Assembly (NCBI GenBank): GCA_965287045.1
Contig: OZ336874.1
Span: 35,526,001 to 35,590,000, forward strand
DNA length: 64,000 nt
Source: Carcharhinus amblyrhynchos
Lineage: Eukaryota
Reading direction: 5' to 3'
This document shows, one piece after another, positions 1 through 13,479 of this stretch. Both the position numbers and the translations under genes were made by a program. The notes under the pieces were generated by a model that did not search any database, was not told where the DNA came from, and saw only the letters and a list, made by a program, of their open reading frames with translations. Positions within the stretch are counted from its first letter, which is position 1. Each line of letters starts with the position of its first letter.

Positions 1-1244
1 TTAAAGAGCGTCTACCAGGCAGGGTAAAGCTTCAAGAAAGAGCTTGGTGGACCTATATGATTGCCCTCTTCAATTGCACTGCATCGTCATTGCTTTATCC
101 TATCTCCACTTATCATTCTTTTCTGTCGGATATTTCCAATGTGTCTATGGTTCTTGCACCGTATCCAACACTCATTTTTTGAGGCCTGTGATCTGCAAAG
201 AGGTGAGAACAACATACATTGGGTTGGAACAAGAGGTTGCAGAAGAGGTGTAATTTAGGCATTTAGAAAGGATGGGCTGAGGTTCACGTCATGAAGGACT
301 GGGTGAGGCTGTTGTGGTCAGGTCAAAGTAAGAGGGTGGAAGATTGGAATGTGCAAGGTATTTGGGTAGATGGTCAATTTAGGATGAAAAGACAGACCTA
401 CGAGTAACTGCATTGGAGCCACTTAAAAGCCAGAAATGGTGAGAAAACGAGATTAAAAGAAAAATTACTCAAGGTTTGCTGGTGAACACAGAGCAATGGG
501 TGAAAAAACAATGCCGTTTAGCTGGCAAGTGAACCAGTAATCTGAGAAACACATGATGGATGGGGTCAGTACAGGGCAGGGCAGTGGATGATTTATTGAT
601 GCTTGTGTGGCCTAGCTTGTCGCAGAAAATTTAGATCTTCATTCTGACAAGATTCCACCCTCCTGTGTCAAGCCAATTCTCACCATGACCGTCTCTACAT
701 CCCAGCTGTACAACTCTAACGAAACTACATAGCTGCACACATTTTTGTCCAAGTGCACACCTTCAGTGTAATGGTGCACAATTCAGTTAGCTGTCCGTTG
801 TCAGATTTGGTTCGGCCACATCAAACTCTAATAGGTTTCAGTCTCATTTATCAAAGCCAACCAAGTAAGTCCTCATTTAGAAGTTGCACACCTGAAAATT
901 GTGTACAAATGAAACAACTAAGTAAATCCTGGCTTCCTAGAGGAATCAACGTTAAAGCACTTAAAGTGTTAGGTTCATGTGGCTATTTTTTGTCAGGAAA
1001 AATCAATGTACCAACTGGAAAAACTACACCATACATGTGCAGCACTGTGCATTCCTAGCTAGAACAACAAACAAACCCCAAATAGCACCACTTCAATGTC
1101 TCACCTACAGCACTCCTGAAACTCAGCACAACTTTTTGCTTGCTTTCCTTTCCCACGCTGTGGCTGAGATTCTGTGCCCGTGTTTGCCACAGGTACAAAT
1201 AGCGATGTGGGCACAAAATCCCACAAGAGGCCAAAACAGAAAAT

Positions 1245-2532
1245 CTTTGACAGATTTGGACTCTGGTGTGGTTCCCGCAGATTGGAAAACAGCAAATGTG
1301 ATGCCATTGTTTAAAAAAAAGGGGTAGACAAAAGGCAAATAACTATGGGCTGATTAGCTTAACTTCTGTAGTAGGGAAAACGCTCGGGAAGAAATAACGA
1401 GACATCTGGATATAAATTGTCCCATTGGGAAGTCACAGCATGGATTCATGAAGGGCAGGTCATGTTTGACTATTTTGGTGGAATTCTTTGAGAACATTAC
1501 CTGCGCGATGGACAACGGGAACCTGTGGATGTGGCGTATCTGGATTTCCAGAAGGCATTTGACAAAGTGCCGCACCAAAGGCTGCTGCATAAGATAAAGG
1601 TGCACGGTATTACGTGTAGTGTATTATCACAGATAGAGGATTGGTTAACTAACAAAGTAAAAAGAATGGGGGTAAATGAGTGTTTTTCTGGTTGGCAAAC
1701 AGTGACTAGTGGTGTGCCTCAGAGATCAGTGTTGGCACCGCAATTGTTTACAATTTACGTAGATGATTTGGAGTTGGGGATCAAGTGTAATGCGTCAACA
1801 TTCGCAGATGACACCAAGATGAGTGGCAGAGCAAATTCTGCAGAGGATGCTTAAAGTCTGGAAAGGTACACAGATAGTGTAAGTGAGTGGGGTAAGGGTC
1901 TGGCAGATGCAGTATAATGTTGGTAAATGTGAGGTCATCCATTTTGGTAGGAATAATAGCAAAATGGACTATTATTTAAATGGTAAAAAATTGCAGCATA
2001 CTGCTGTGCAGGGGGACCTGGGTGTCCTTGTACATGAAACACAAGTTGGTTTGCAGGTGCAGCAGATAATTAAGAAGGCAAATAGAATTTTGTTCTTCAT
2101 TGCTTGAGGGATGGAGTTTAAAAACAGCGAGGTTATGTTGCAGCTGTATAAGGTGCTGGTGAGGCCACACCTGGAAAACATAGATAAGGTAGAAGCAGGG
2201 AAATCATTTCCACTGGCAAGTGAAACTACTACTAGGTGGCATTACCTCAAAATAAGGGGTAGCAGAGTTAGGACTGAGTTGAGGAGGAACTTCTTCACCC
2301 AAAAGGATTGTGAATCTATGGAATTCCCTGCCCAATGAAGCAGTTGAGGTTTCCTCATTGAATGTTTTTAAGGCAAAGATAGATACATTTTTGAACAGTA
2401 AAGGAGTTAAGGGTTATGGTGAGGGGGTGGCTAAGTGGTGCTGAGTCCACTAAAAGATCAGCCATGGTCTTATTGAATGGTGGAGCAGGCTTGAGGGGCC
2501 AGATGACCTACTGCTGCTCCTAGTTCTTATGT
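1245..2532 (+). mobile_element. CR1 LINE, 5'-truncated, decayed ORF2 reverse transcriptase plus 3' tail
   Basis: ORF fragments [35 protein letters not shown] and LYKVLVRPHLE; ends in a CR1 tail (CCTACT..GCTCCTAGTTCTTATG); internal deletion near 2175. Confidence 0.92.
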
Positions 2533-3129
2533 CCACATCCCCCAACATTTTTGTAATGAGGTTCCACCCAGGAAGGTCGGAACTTCATCCAAATGCACTT
2601 CCTATTAATGGGCTTCCCCACTGTATCATGCCCCCACACTGGGATTTCCTTCTTGCTGGTCATGTCAGTGAGGTTTACAGCAGGTCTAGAGCAACATGAA
2701 TCAGGCAGGGAGTGCACAGCCCTCAGGGAAAAGAGGGACATGCCAGAGCAGTGCCCTAGAACTATCCGGACACTATTACCTATTGAGGGCAGTGACAGAG
2801 ACAGTGTCAGGGTGGTTTCCGCTGGGGAGCTCCATGAGAGGTGAAGTTCCCAGTGAGCACGGGAGGTGGGGGTTCCCATAATCCATAGGATAGGGGGAGG
2901 GATTCTACACTTTAATTTTCAGTGTTTGAGATTGGTACAGCCTTTAAATAAGGTGCCCTGATCTCTGGAAAGTTGACGTTGCTGGCGGGACAGTGTAGGA
3001 CATGCCTCCAGTAGTTCTTTTGTCTACGTATTCTAAAATACTTTGAGAAAATCGAGCTATGCAGCTAGGGTGCTGCACACCACTTTTCTCACCTGAACCA
3101 GCACTTGGACAAAAAGGAAAATTCTGCCC
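2533..3129. mobile_element. Non-autonomous DNA transposon remnant (PIF/Harbinger-like)
   Basis: Ends in AAAATTCTGCCC, the reverse complement of a GGGCAGAATTTT-type terminal repeat; the family assignment is from recall. Confidence 0.4.
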
Positions 3130-3138
3130 TGTATCTCT

Positions 3139-3798
3139 GGCCAGAATTTTACGTTGATCGGGCAGGCACATGCCCAAACTGTAAGCACATGACATCATGA
3201 GAGAAGTCATCTTGGCGCGTATCTTCCTTTTTTAGAGCACCATTGCATTGTCATGCAATATTTCTATCAACAGGCACACGCAAGAGTTGGAAGTGGGCCC
3301 CCCAAATATCAAGCAGGCTATTAAGCCGAACAAGGGGCTAATTGAATGCTTTTATGGTTGGCAGGCAGGCCGATTGGCCAAGCAGCCTTTATGTTTTAGC
3401 TGTAACCTCAATCCAGGGTGGGATGAACTGTCCGGGCTGAAATAAAATTGACAAGTCTGTCTGGGGACTAAGGTCTGTGCTTGGATTGTGCTGCCTAGCC
3501 ACTCTTTGCATAGTTTTGACATTGATATTTATTTTTCATGGGTCAGCAGCTCCAAGACAGCTCCAAAGTGGCTGTCCCCCTGAGACGGCACATTAGAAAC
3601 ACCAGCCCACACCCTCCCTCGTTTCAGCTCCTGCCCTCCCTGGCAACGCTCAGCTTTTCAGTGTTTCATACTGGAAGATTATTAATTGGCCTGCCAGCAT
3701 GCATTTACACTCCAGGGCCAATCATGGATAGGAACACATTTCACATCCGTTTCCGGGTCCACTGAATATGTGTGCCTGTCAACCAAAAAATTCAAACC
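3139..3798. mobile_element. Non-autonomous DNA transposon / MITE (PIF/Harbinger-like)
   Basis: Starts GGCCAGAATTTTAC and ends AAAATTCAAACC (imperfect terminal inverted repeats); the sub-terminal GGCACATGCCCA motif recurs near 6040. Confidence 0.5.
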
Positions 3799-3820
3799 TC
3801 TGTTGTGTCTCCCATTTCCT

Positions 3821-4038
3821 GGGCAGCACAGTGGTTAGCACTGCTGCCTCACAGCACCAGGGATCCAGGTTCAATTCCCAGCTTGTGTCATTGTCTGTAC
3901 AGTCTGCACGTTCTCCCTGTGTCTGCATGGATTTCCTCTGGTTGCTCCAGTTTCCTCCCACAGTCTGAAAGATGTACTGGTTTGGTGCACTGGCCATGCT
4001 AAATTCTTCCTCTGTGTGCCCAAACAGGCACTGGAGTG
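3821..4038 (+). mobile_element. tRNA-derived V-type SINE, 5' part, interrupted by a CR1
   Basis: GGGCAGCACAGTGGTTAGCACTGCTGCCTCACAGC head, B-box-like GGTTCAATTCC, V-domain TTTCCTC..GCTCCAGTTTCCTCCCACAGTC. Confidence 0.88.
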
Positions 4039-5154
4039 CATGGATTGAGGATTGGTTGTCTAACAGGAAGCAGAGAGTTGGAATCAATGGGTGCTATTCT
4101 GGTTGGCAGTTGGTGACTAGTGGAGTGCCACAGGGATTGGTGCTGGGGCCTCAACTGTTTACCATTTACACAGACGATCTGGAGGAGGGGGCTGAGTGTA
4201 CAGTAACAAAATTTGCTGATGACAAGATGATGAGTGGAAAAGCAAATTGCATGGAAGGCGCAGAAAGTCTGCAGAGAGATCTGGATAGGTTGAGTGAGTG
4301 GGCGAGGACCTGGCAGATGGAGTATAACATTAGCAAATGTGAGGTTATCCACTTTGGTAGAAATAATAGTAGGACAGATTATTATTTAAAGGGCGAAAAG
4401 CTGCAGCATGATACAGTGCAGAGGGACCTGAGGGTCCTTGTGCACGAATCGCAAAAACCCAGTCTGCAGGTGCAGGAGGTGATCAAGAAGGCAAATGAAA
4501 CGTCGCCCTTTATAGCGAGGGGGATAGAATATAAAAGCAGGGGGGTCTTGCTGCAACTGTACAGGACACTGGTGAGGCCACAACTGGAGTACTATGTGCA
4601 GTTTTGGTCACCACATTTGCAAAAGGATATACTGGCTTTGGAGGCAGTACAGAGAAGGTTCACCAGGCTGATACTGGAGATGAGGGGGTTAGCCTATGAA
4701 GAGAGATTGAATAGACTGGGTCTGTACTTGGAGTTTAGAAGGCTGAGGGGGGATCTTATAGAGACTTACAAGATAATGAAGGGGCTGGATAGGGTAGAGG
4801 TAGAGAGATTCTTCCTGCTTAGAAAGGATAGCAGAACTAGAGGGCACAGCCTCAAATGGGGGTGGGGGGGGGGGGGGGGTGCAGTTTAGATTGGAGTTGA
4901 GGAGGAACTTCTTCACGCAAAGGGTGGTGAGTCTCTGGAATTCTCTGCCCATTGAAGTGGTGGAGGCTACCTTGCTGAATATATTTAAGTCACGGGTAGA
5001 TAGATTTCCGATAGACAAGGGAATTAAGGGTTATGGGGAGAAAGCGGGAAAGTGGAACTGATCCACTTCAGATCAGCCATGATCTTGTTGAATGACGGGG
5101 CAGGCTCGAAGGGCTAGATGGCCTACTCCTGCTCCTATTTCTTATGTTCTTATG
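4038..5154 (+). mobile_element. CR1 LINE 3' portion (young subfamily) inserted in a SINE
   Basis: Reverse transcriptase motifs GVPQGLVLGPQLF, KFADD and YRTLVRPQLEY; tail (TTCTTATG)2. Confidence 0.95.
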
Positions 5155-5230
5155 ACTAGGAGATTTTCACAGTAACTTCATTGCACTGTTCATGTAAGCC
5201 TACTTGTGATAATAATAAATAAACTAAACT
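5153..5230 (+). mobile_element. 3' tail of the SINE begun at 3821
   Basis: GACTAGG..ATTTTCACAGTAACTTCATTGCA..TGTGATAATAATAAA matches the tail of the uninterrupted copy at ~41050-41125. Confidence 0.85.
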
Positions 5231-5479
5231 CTGTCACTCTGGCCTTCTCCCTCCACTCCAGTTTGCTCCCTCCCTCTGCTCCTCTTCATCCCTTTCTCTG
5301 CTCTGCACACCAAAGAACATCTTTCATTAATTTCATGTTATTGTAGCAGCAGTTGAGACTTGTCCTAGTGTGCGTCACTGTGGACAGCACAAAGAACACA
5401 AAGTCCTGCATTATGGAGTAGCCTGGGATGAACTTTGACAAAAACTGCTCTGCTTCTTTCACTAAGAGACCATTGTCTA

Positions 5480-6074
5480 AATGTTGACCCTGTCGGGTGT
5501 GCTTGATCGGCGGGCATGGATGTGACATGTGCTTCCAGCGCAATTGGCCCCCAACCATGATTTTACACTGGCTGGCCAATTAACTGATAATTACAATGAA
5601 GTTACAGGAAAGATGATCATAGTGCAGGAACAGGGTATGCACCATGAGAAACAGGGTGTGGGTGGGCACTCCCAGGAGGCTGACAGCTGTTGTGGCGCTC
5701 CCTCAGGGAGCTGCAGTATTATAAGAATGAGATGAGCTCAGTAAAATACAATAAATGCAAATTCAAGCACCTGTAAACAGACCTCATAGCACCTCATCCC
5801 TCAAATATCTTCTTTTATATAAAGCCAGACATATAATCTTAATCTGGAAGAGTTCCCATCTGCCAACTGTAAAAGTGGTCAATCCATGTAAAATCACTGA
5901 TAATTGATCTAACAGGCTTAACTGACCACTTAATTGTCAGCTGGTATGCTTCTGACTCCCACGTGTACCAGCTGATCTCAATTCTGCATGTGAGCATGCA
6001 CTGGGATGCCAACATTTTCTCATGTGATTCCAGGTCAGGCACATGCCCACACATTTAACATGAAATTCTGGTCC
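5480..6074. mobile_element. Decayed non-autonomous DNA transposon (Harbinger-like)
   Basis: Ends GAAATTCTGGTCC; shares motifs with the element at 3139-3798. Confidence 0.4.
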
Positions 6075-6311
6075 ATATGTTCAGCTGCCTCCCCCTCTCC
6101 TCATTAACTGACCCTCTGTTGTTTTTTTAGTTTCTTTCCTATTCCTTTCATCCATCTATGAGATTTGTCTCCTACTTCCTTTAATCCATTTTTGCTACTC
6201 AGCTGACTACCTAATTTTCTTTCTGGGCCTCCACGCTATATGACATAAAAGATTACTTTACCTCAGGAATCATTCTACTTCATCTTTAAAATTAGAGTAA
6301 TCACCACCTCT

Positions 6312-6405
6312 TCAGTTTGCTGATGACACCACTGTTGTGGATTGGATCTCAAACAATGACAAGACACAGTGCAGCAAAGAGACAGAGAATCTAGTGAACT
6401 GGTGG

Positions 6406-6453
<48 letters not shown>

Positions 6454-7195
6454 AACCTCTCCTTCAATGTCAACAAAACAAAGGAGATAGACACTGACTT
6501 CAAGAAACGTAGTGGAGAGCATGCCCCTGTCGACATCAATGGGGACAAAGTAGAAATGGTCGAGAGCTTCAAGTTTTTAGGTGACCAGATTACCAACAGC
6601 CTGGCCTGGTCTCTCCATGTGATTGCTATAGTTAAGAAAGCCCACCAATGCCTCTACTTAGTCAGGAGACTAAGGAAATTTGGCATGTCCCCTACAACTC
6701 TCACCAACTTCTAAAAGATGCAGCATAAAAGCATTCTTTCCAGTTGTATCACAGCTTGAAATGGCTCCTGCTCTGTCCAAGACCGCAAGATACTACAAAA
6801 AGGTCGTAAATGAAGCCTAGTCCATCACTCAAACCATCCACTAACACAGTTTACCTTTCCCACTGCCTCGGAAAAGCAGCCAGCATAATCAAGGGCCCCA
6901 TGCACCCCGGGACATACTCTCTTCCAACTTAATCTATCGGGAAAAAGATACAAAAGTCTGAGATCACATATCAACCAACTCAAGAACAGTTTCTTCCCTG
7001 CTGCCACCAGACTTTTGAATGGACTGACATCACATTAAGTTTATCTCTCTCTACACGCTAGCTATGACTGTTTCACTACATTCTGCACACTCTCCTTTCC
7101 TTCCTTATGTATGGTGTGCTTTGTCTGTATAATACGCAAGAAACAGTGCTTTTCACTGTAAGCTAACAGATGTGACAATAATAAATCAAATCAAA
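6312..7195 (+). mobile_element. Rex1/Babar LINE 3' portion
   Basis: FADDTTVV, then NLSFNVNKTKEI..DFKK..VESFKFLG.QITNSLAWS..KKAHQCLYLVRRLRKFG; tail TGTGACAATAATAAATCAAATCAAA. Confidence 0.9.
6406..6453 (+). repeat. (TAC)16 microsatellite inside the Rex1/Babar ORF
   Basis: Perfect trinucleotide array giving the poly-Tyr run in ORF 6337-6714. Confidence 0.97.
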
Positions 7196-7269
7196 ACTCA
7201 CCTTCAATTTCTCAGTTTTCATTAAATACAACAGTCCTCAATCTTCCTTTCTCCTCTGGTTTTGCCGCT

Positions 7270-7480
7270 TGTCAGTACCACAATCAACTTTCCTGTAACT
7301 CCACTTTAATCCTTCCAAACTGGTTGCCACACTACTCACAACACTAATCACAGTCTTAACCAAAATCACAAGCAGTATTTTGTGTGATCGTGATGATCAT
7401 AATGTATTATCGCATTGTGACACCTCTTTAACAAAGTTCTCTTCCAACACTTCTGTTGCTTAGCGGTTTGAAACTGTATT
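7270..7480 (+). mobile_element. Ancient L2 LINE reverse transcriptase remnant
   Basis: Degenerate HSTETALIKVTNDILCDCD-like coding (ACAGTCTTAACCAAAATCACAAGCAGTATTTTGTGTGATCGTGAT). Confidence 0.5.
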
Positions 7481-7949
7481 TAGTTCTCTGTCACTTTCTT
7501 ATAAAGCAGAGCTATGGAGAGTGCAGAACCACGAATGACTGCAGCAAAGATCAAGAGGGAGTATAGCAGACAGGAACAGTGAAAAGGAGAGTAACAGGTA
7601 CACAGAGAAAGAGGGAAAAAGGTCAGTATGAAGTTGTAGATACAGAAAATAACAAAGGTAACATATAGCTAATAACAGAAGCACATAGAGTCCAAAAATG
7701 GAAAACAGATGAATAGAGAGTAGATACAGTGGTGTGAGGAACCATAAAGTAGCCTATCCTTGGGCCACTTTGTGGCATGGCCTTGAACAAAAAAAGATGT
7801 CAAATATGGCTACATCAACCTCCAAATGTTTGCCACACAGAAAGCACAAAACTTAACCATGTAGGACCAATGTCTTTCACTAAAGCTCAGTTCTCGTGCA
7901 ATTCCTGACAGATACAGTAAGCTCCTGAGATGTTAGTAGGAGGCATAGC

Positions 7950-9032
7950 AGTGAAATGGATACAAAAAAAAATACAAAATTAGCTTGATGACAGAACCAT
8001 GTAGACGGTTGCTTTTCCAACTGGAGGCCTGTGACCAGCAGTGTGCCTCAGGGATCAATACTGGGTCCATTGTTATTTGTCATTAATGTTCATGATTTGG
8101 ATGAGAACATAGGGGGCATGATTAGTAAGTTTGCAGATGACACCAAGATTGGTGACATAGTGGACAGCAAAGAAAATTATCTCCAATTACAACGGGATCT
8201 TGATCAATTGGGCCAGTGGGCTGACGAATGGCAGATGGAGATTAATTTAGATAAAAGCAAGGTGATGCATTTTGGTAGACTGAACCAGGACAGGACTTAC
8301 TTGTTAATGGTAGGGCATTGGGGAAAGTTACAAAACAAAGATCTAGGGGTACATGCTCATAGCTCCTTGAAAGTGGAGTCACACATGGACAGAGTGGTGA
8401 AGAAGGCATTCAGTATGCTTGGTTTCATTGGTCAGAACACTGAATACAAGAGTTGGGATATCTTGAAGTTATACAAGACATTGGTAAGACCACACTTGGA
8501 ATACTGTGTACAGTTCTGGTCACCCTGTTATAGAAAGGATATTATTAAACTAGAAAGTGTGCAGAAAAGATTTACTAGGATGCTACTGAGACTTGGTGGT
8601 TTGAATTATAAGGAGAGACTGGATAGACTGGGACTTTTTTCTCTGGAGCGTAAAAGGCTGAGGGTGATCTTATAGAGGTCTATAAAATCAGGAGGGGCAT
8701 TGATCAGCTAGACAGTCAATATTTTTTCTCAAAGGTAGGGGAGTCTAAAACTAGAGGACATAGGTTTAAGGTGAGAGGGGAAAGATACGAAAGGGTCCAG
8801 AGGGGCAGATTTTTCACACAGAGGATAGTGAGTGTCTGGAACAAGCTACCAGAGGTAGTAGTGGAGGTAATTTTGTCTTTTAAAAAGCATTTAGACAGTT
8901 ACTTGGGTAAGATGGGTATAGAGGGATATGGGCCAAATGCAGGCAATTGGGACTAGCTTTGGGGTTTAAAAAAAAGGTGGAATGAACAAGTCAGGCCGAA
9001 GGGCCTGTTTCCATGCTGTAAACCTCTATGAC
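7950..9032 (+). mobile_element. CR1 (HER1-like) LINE 3' portion
   Basis: ORF 8031-8675 VPQGSILGPLLF, ISKFADDTKIG, RPHLEYCVQFWSP; tail GGCCGAAGGGCCTGTTTCCATGCTGTA shared with HE1 SINEs. Confidence 0.93.
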
Positions 9033-9589
9033 ATCAGCTCAGCGAAGGTAACATGTTAGAAACACTGCTCTTTGCTACAAACTACCCATGGAGCAACACC
9101 TCAAGTCATTTGGTAGCTCAAATACATTTTAAACACTAAATACTATTAGACCTTCCATATCTATTCAAGTAATCTATATGAGAGAATTGGAAACAAACTT
9201 TGAAAAACCTGTGTGTGTTTTTTTGAGAAAGATCATTTTCTAACCCTTTGCAAAAGATGATGCTACAAATATTTCATTCAGCATCTCTGATGCTTCAGAT
9301 GTCAAGTGTTTGTTTTGCATTTAGCAAGCTGGTAACTGTGCTTGATGCTGAAATGGATCTTACGCTACAAAGGAAATCGGCATGCATTTAATTTTTAACT
9401 ACATAGCTGATCAATAAATTTAACAAACCATACATCAATGCTGCAGTCTTATATTGTGCAACTAGGAGTCAAAATGAGCTTGAAAATGTCACAATGAATT
9501 TAATTTGCACCACTATATCATTAATTCACACAGAATAAGAAGGCATTATTTATTTTAAAAGGATTCTGTCGTGGAGAGGAGTTATTGTG

Positions 9590-11382
9590 TCATTATGGCA
9601 CAGGAGGCGGCTTTGCGGCCCTTTGAATCCATGCCAAATCTCTGCACAGCAATCCAGTCAGTCTCATTTTGGAGTTTTATAGTACAGCAAGAGGCACTTC
9701 AGCTCATCATGTCTGTAGTGGCCATCAAGTACCTATCTACTCTAATTGCATTTTCCAGAAACAGGATTATAGCCTTGTATACTATGGCAAGTGCTTATCT
9801 AAATGTTTAAATGTTGAGGGATCCCATCTCTACCACCCTTTCAGGCAGTGAGTTCCAGATTTCCACTGCCCTCCAGGTGAAAAAGATTTTCCTCTAAATT
9901 ACTGTAATTCTATGCCTCCTGGTTATTGACCATTGCGCTAAAAGGGCAAAGTTCCTTCTTATCAACTCTATTGTCCCTCATGATTTTGTACACCCCTATC
10001 AGGCCCCTCCCCCAACCTTCTCACATCCAACGAAAAAAACCCCACCCTAGCCAGTCTCTCTTCACTGCTGAAACACTCCAGCCCAGGCAACATACTGGTG
10101 AATCTCCTCTGCACCCTTTCTAGTGCAATCACATCCTTCGTATAATGTGGTGACCAGAACTGCAGCTCTAGTGGTGGCCTAATGAGCACTTTATACAGCT
10201 CCATCATAACCTCCCTGCTCTTATATTCTATGCCTCAGCTAATAAAAGTATTCCATAAACCTTAACCACCTTACCGAATGTTGCTGTTGCCTTTAGGGAT
10301 CTTTGGACATACATTCCAACGTCCCTCTCATCTTCTGTACTCCCGCGTGTTCATTGTGTATTTCGTTACCTTGTCCTTTCTCCTAAAATGCATCAGCTTA
10401 TGCTTTTCAGGGTTAAATTCAATTTGCCACTGTTCTGTCCATCTGACTGCCCATCTATATCATCCTGTAATCTAAAGCTTTTCTTCTTGCTATCTACCAC
10501 ACTACCAATTTTTGTGTTATCTGCAAATGTACTGATCATACCCCCCGCCCCTGAAACCCACCGACTAGATCGTGTGCATTACAAACAGCAGTACCCCCAG
10601 CAACGATCCCTGTTGCACACCATTGAACACAGCCTTCCAGTCACAAAAACAACCTTTGACCAGCCTCCCATCCATTGACACTGTTTACACTTCCCGCTGT
10701 CTCTGAAAAGCAGCCAGCATCATCAAGGACCCTACACAACCTGGACATACTCTCTTCCCCTGTCTTCCATCGGGAAAAAGATACAAAAGTGTGAGATTAT
10801 GTACCAACTGACTCAAAAAAAAACAGCTTCTTCCCCACTGCCATCAGATTTTTCTGACAGAAGAAAGTGGAAGAGTGTATGTCCGCGGTGCATGGGGTCC
10901 TCGATTATCCCACTAAGCCAATTTTGGATCAATTTTGCCAAATTATCCTGGATCCCAAAGGCTCTTACCTTCCCAATTAGTCTCCCATGCGGGGTCTTCT
11001 CAAAAGCCTTCCCAATGTCCACATAGACTACGTCAGCTTCAATGCGCTCATCTACACACCTAGTCACCTCCTCAAAATATTCAATCAAATTTGTTAGACA
11101 TCAGCTCCCCCTAACAAAGCCATGCTTACTATCCTTGATTAATTCTTGCCTCTCCAAGTGGAGATTACTTCTGTCCCTTAGAATACTTTCCAATAATTTC
11201 CCTACCATAGCCATTAGACTTACTGGTCTGTAATTACACGGTTTTTTTTCCTACTTCGCTTCTTGAATAATCATACCACATTACCAGTCCTCCAGTTCTC
11301 TGGCAAGTCATCTGAAAAATCATTTGAAAATTAGTGTCAGAGCCTCTGCAATCTCTCTCTCACCTCTCACAGCAGCATGGGA
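9590..11382 (-). mobile_element. CR1 LINE, decayed, interrupted by a Rex1/Babar fragment
   Basis: Minus-strand ORFs ELYKVLIRPPLELQFWSPHY and EYFEEVTRCVDE..DVVYVDIGKAF. Confidence 0.88.
10660..10908 (+). mobile_element. Rex1/Babar 3' fragment with an inverted duplicate segment
   Basis: 10660-10850 is similar to 6830-7015; ~10850-10908 is the reverse complement of ~10718-10778. Confidence 0.8.
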
Positions 11383-12950
11383 CATACAGGAACATAGAAA
11401 CTCGAAGCAGGAGTAAGCCATTTGGCCCTTCAAGCCTGCTCTGCCATTCATTTAGATCTTGGCTGATCTTCAAAATCAATATCCTGATCCCACCTTCCCA
11501 GCATATTTTTTGATCCGCATTAGCTGCAAGAGTTATATCTCGTTTCTTCTTGAAATCAGAAAACATTTTGGCCTCAACTACTTCCTGTGGTAGTGAATTC
11601 CACACATTCACCACCACCTGTGTAAAGAAATGTCTCCTCACTTCAGGTCTAAAAGGTTTACCCTTTATCCTCAAACAATGACCCCCTAGTTCTGGACTCC
11701 CCTACCACTGGGAGCATTCTTTCTGAATCTACCCTGACTAACCCAATTAAAATTTTATAAATTTCTGAGACCTCCGCTCACTCTTCTAAACTCCAGTGAA
11801 TATAATCCTAATGACTTAGTCTCTCCTCATATGACAAACCTGCCATCCCAGGAATCAGCCTGGTAAACCTTTGCTGTATTCCCTCTATACATGGACATCC
11901 TCCCTTAGTCAAGGGCACCAAAACTGCCCACAATACTCCACATGTGGCCTCACCAACAGCCTATACAATCGCAGCAAAACATTCCTATCCCTAAACTCCA
12001 ATCTTTTCACTAGGAACATCAACATACCATTTGCCTTCTTTACTCCCTGCTGTACCTGCGCACTTAGTTTCAGTGACTGATGCATAAGGACGCCAAGGAT
12101 TCACTGAGTATCCACCTCTCCCAATTTACACACATTCAAGTAATAATTTGTCTTCCTATTATTGCTACCAAAGTGGATAACCTCTCAATTATCCACATTA
12201 TACTGCATCTGCCATGCAGATGCACACACTTAGCCTGTCCAAATCACACTGAAACATCTTTACATTCTCCTCACAGCTCACCCTCCCACCCAACTTTGCA
12301 TCATCTGCAAATTTGGAGATAATACATTCAGTTCCCTCTTCCAAATCATTAATATAATGTAAACAGTTGAGGTCTAGCACAGATCCCTGTGGAACCCCTC
12401 TAGTCACTGACTACCAATCCAAAAAAGATCCATTTATGCCAACTCTTTGCTAACCAGCTTTCTGTCCATCCTCAAGACATTACTTGCAATCCCATGTGCT
12501 TTAATGTGAGAATGTGTTGAAAGCTTTCTGAAAGTCTAAATAAGCCACATCCGTGGTTCTCCTCAATCAACTCTACTAATTACATGCTCAAAAAAATTCC
12601 AATAAATTCATCAAGCATAAATTCCCTTTTATAAATCCATGCTGACTTTGTCTGATTATGTCACTGTCTTCCAAATGTCGAGTTATGAAATCCTTGATAA
12701 TGGGCTCTAGCAACTTCCTCAATACTGACATTAGGCTCACTGGTCTATAGTTCACCATTATCTCTCTACCTTCCTTTTTGAATAACAGGCTTACATTAGC
12801 TACCTGCCAATCTGTTGGAACTGTTGCAGAGCCCAAAGAATTTTGGAAAATAGTCACTGATGGATCTACACTTCCTTAAGTACTCTGGGATAAAGGTCAT
12901 CAGGACCTGGGGATTTATTCACCTTCAACCCCATCAATTTCCCCAAAATC
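11383..12950 (-). mobile_element. CR1 LINE 3' portion
   Basis: Minus-strand ORFs [37 protein letters not shown] and RHFFTQVVVNVWNSLP; tail at ~11383-11430. Confidence 0.92.
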
Positions 12951-13479
12951 ACCTTATGGTTGAATGGCCTACTCCTATCCACATGTGATGTAATGCTGTG
13001 AACATGACTCCACTCAATTACTTTCTAGTCAGTAGCAGTATTCTAGTCAGCAAAATCGCTGTAACTCACCCAGATTTTACAGTAGTAATGATTGCAAAAA
13101 AAATCATAACTCTCTGCCAATACTCCTGAATTTGATGGCATTTTTGGAGACTACATGTGTGTAGTTAAACCCAAAAACTGCTTTCAGTGATTCTATACAT
13201 CTCCAGTGAATATGCTAGGGAGGTCCCTCCCAGATTGCAAGCAATTGGAAATTTTTGAACTGACGAGATCTCACACTCGTATGTTCTTAGTCACACCATA
13301 CAATTCCTTGAAGTTACACGTTGTTGAATCAGGTGTATCTTGGTTTCTAAAGGCATAAAGTTCACAATTACTGCTAAACAGCCCCATTGGCCCATAAAGA
13401 GTCATTTTATATTTGCTGAGTTCTAAGTTGCCATTGTGATAAAAAAAACCACCTGTTTTTGATTTTTTTTAGTTCAGAT

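Noticed and set aside
1-215. Strong minus-strand acceptor at 192 as a coding exon
   Set aside because: All frames stop within 35 codons, the peptides are unrecognised, and no donor is visible in the window
3972-4889. 305-aa ORF as a host or chimeric gene
   Set aside because: Starts by chance in a SINE and reads into a truncated CR1 reverse transcriptase with altered motifs
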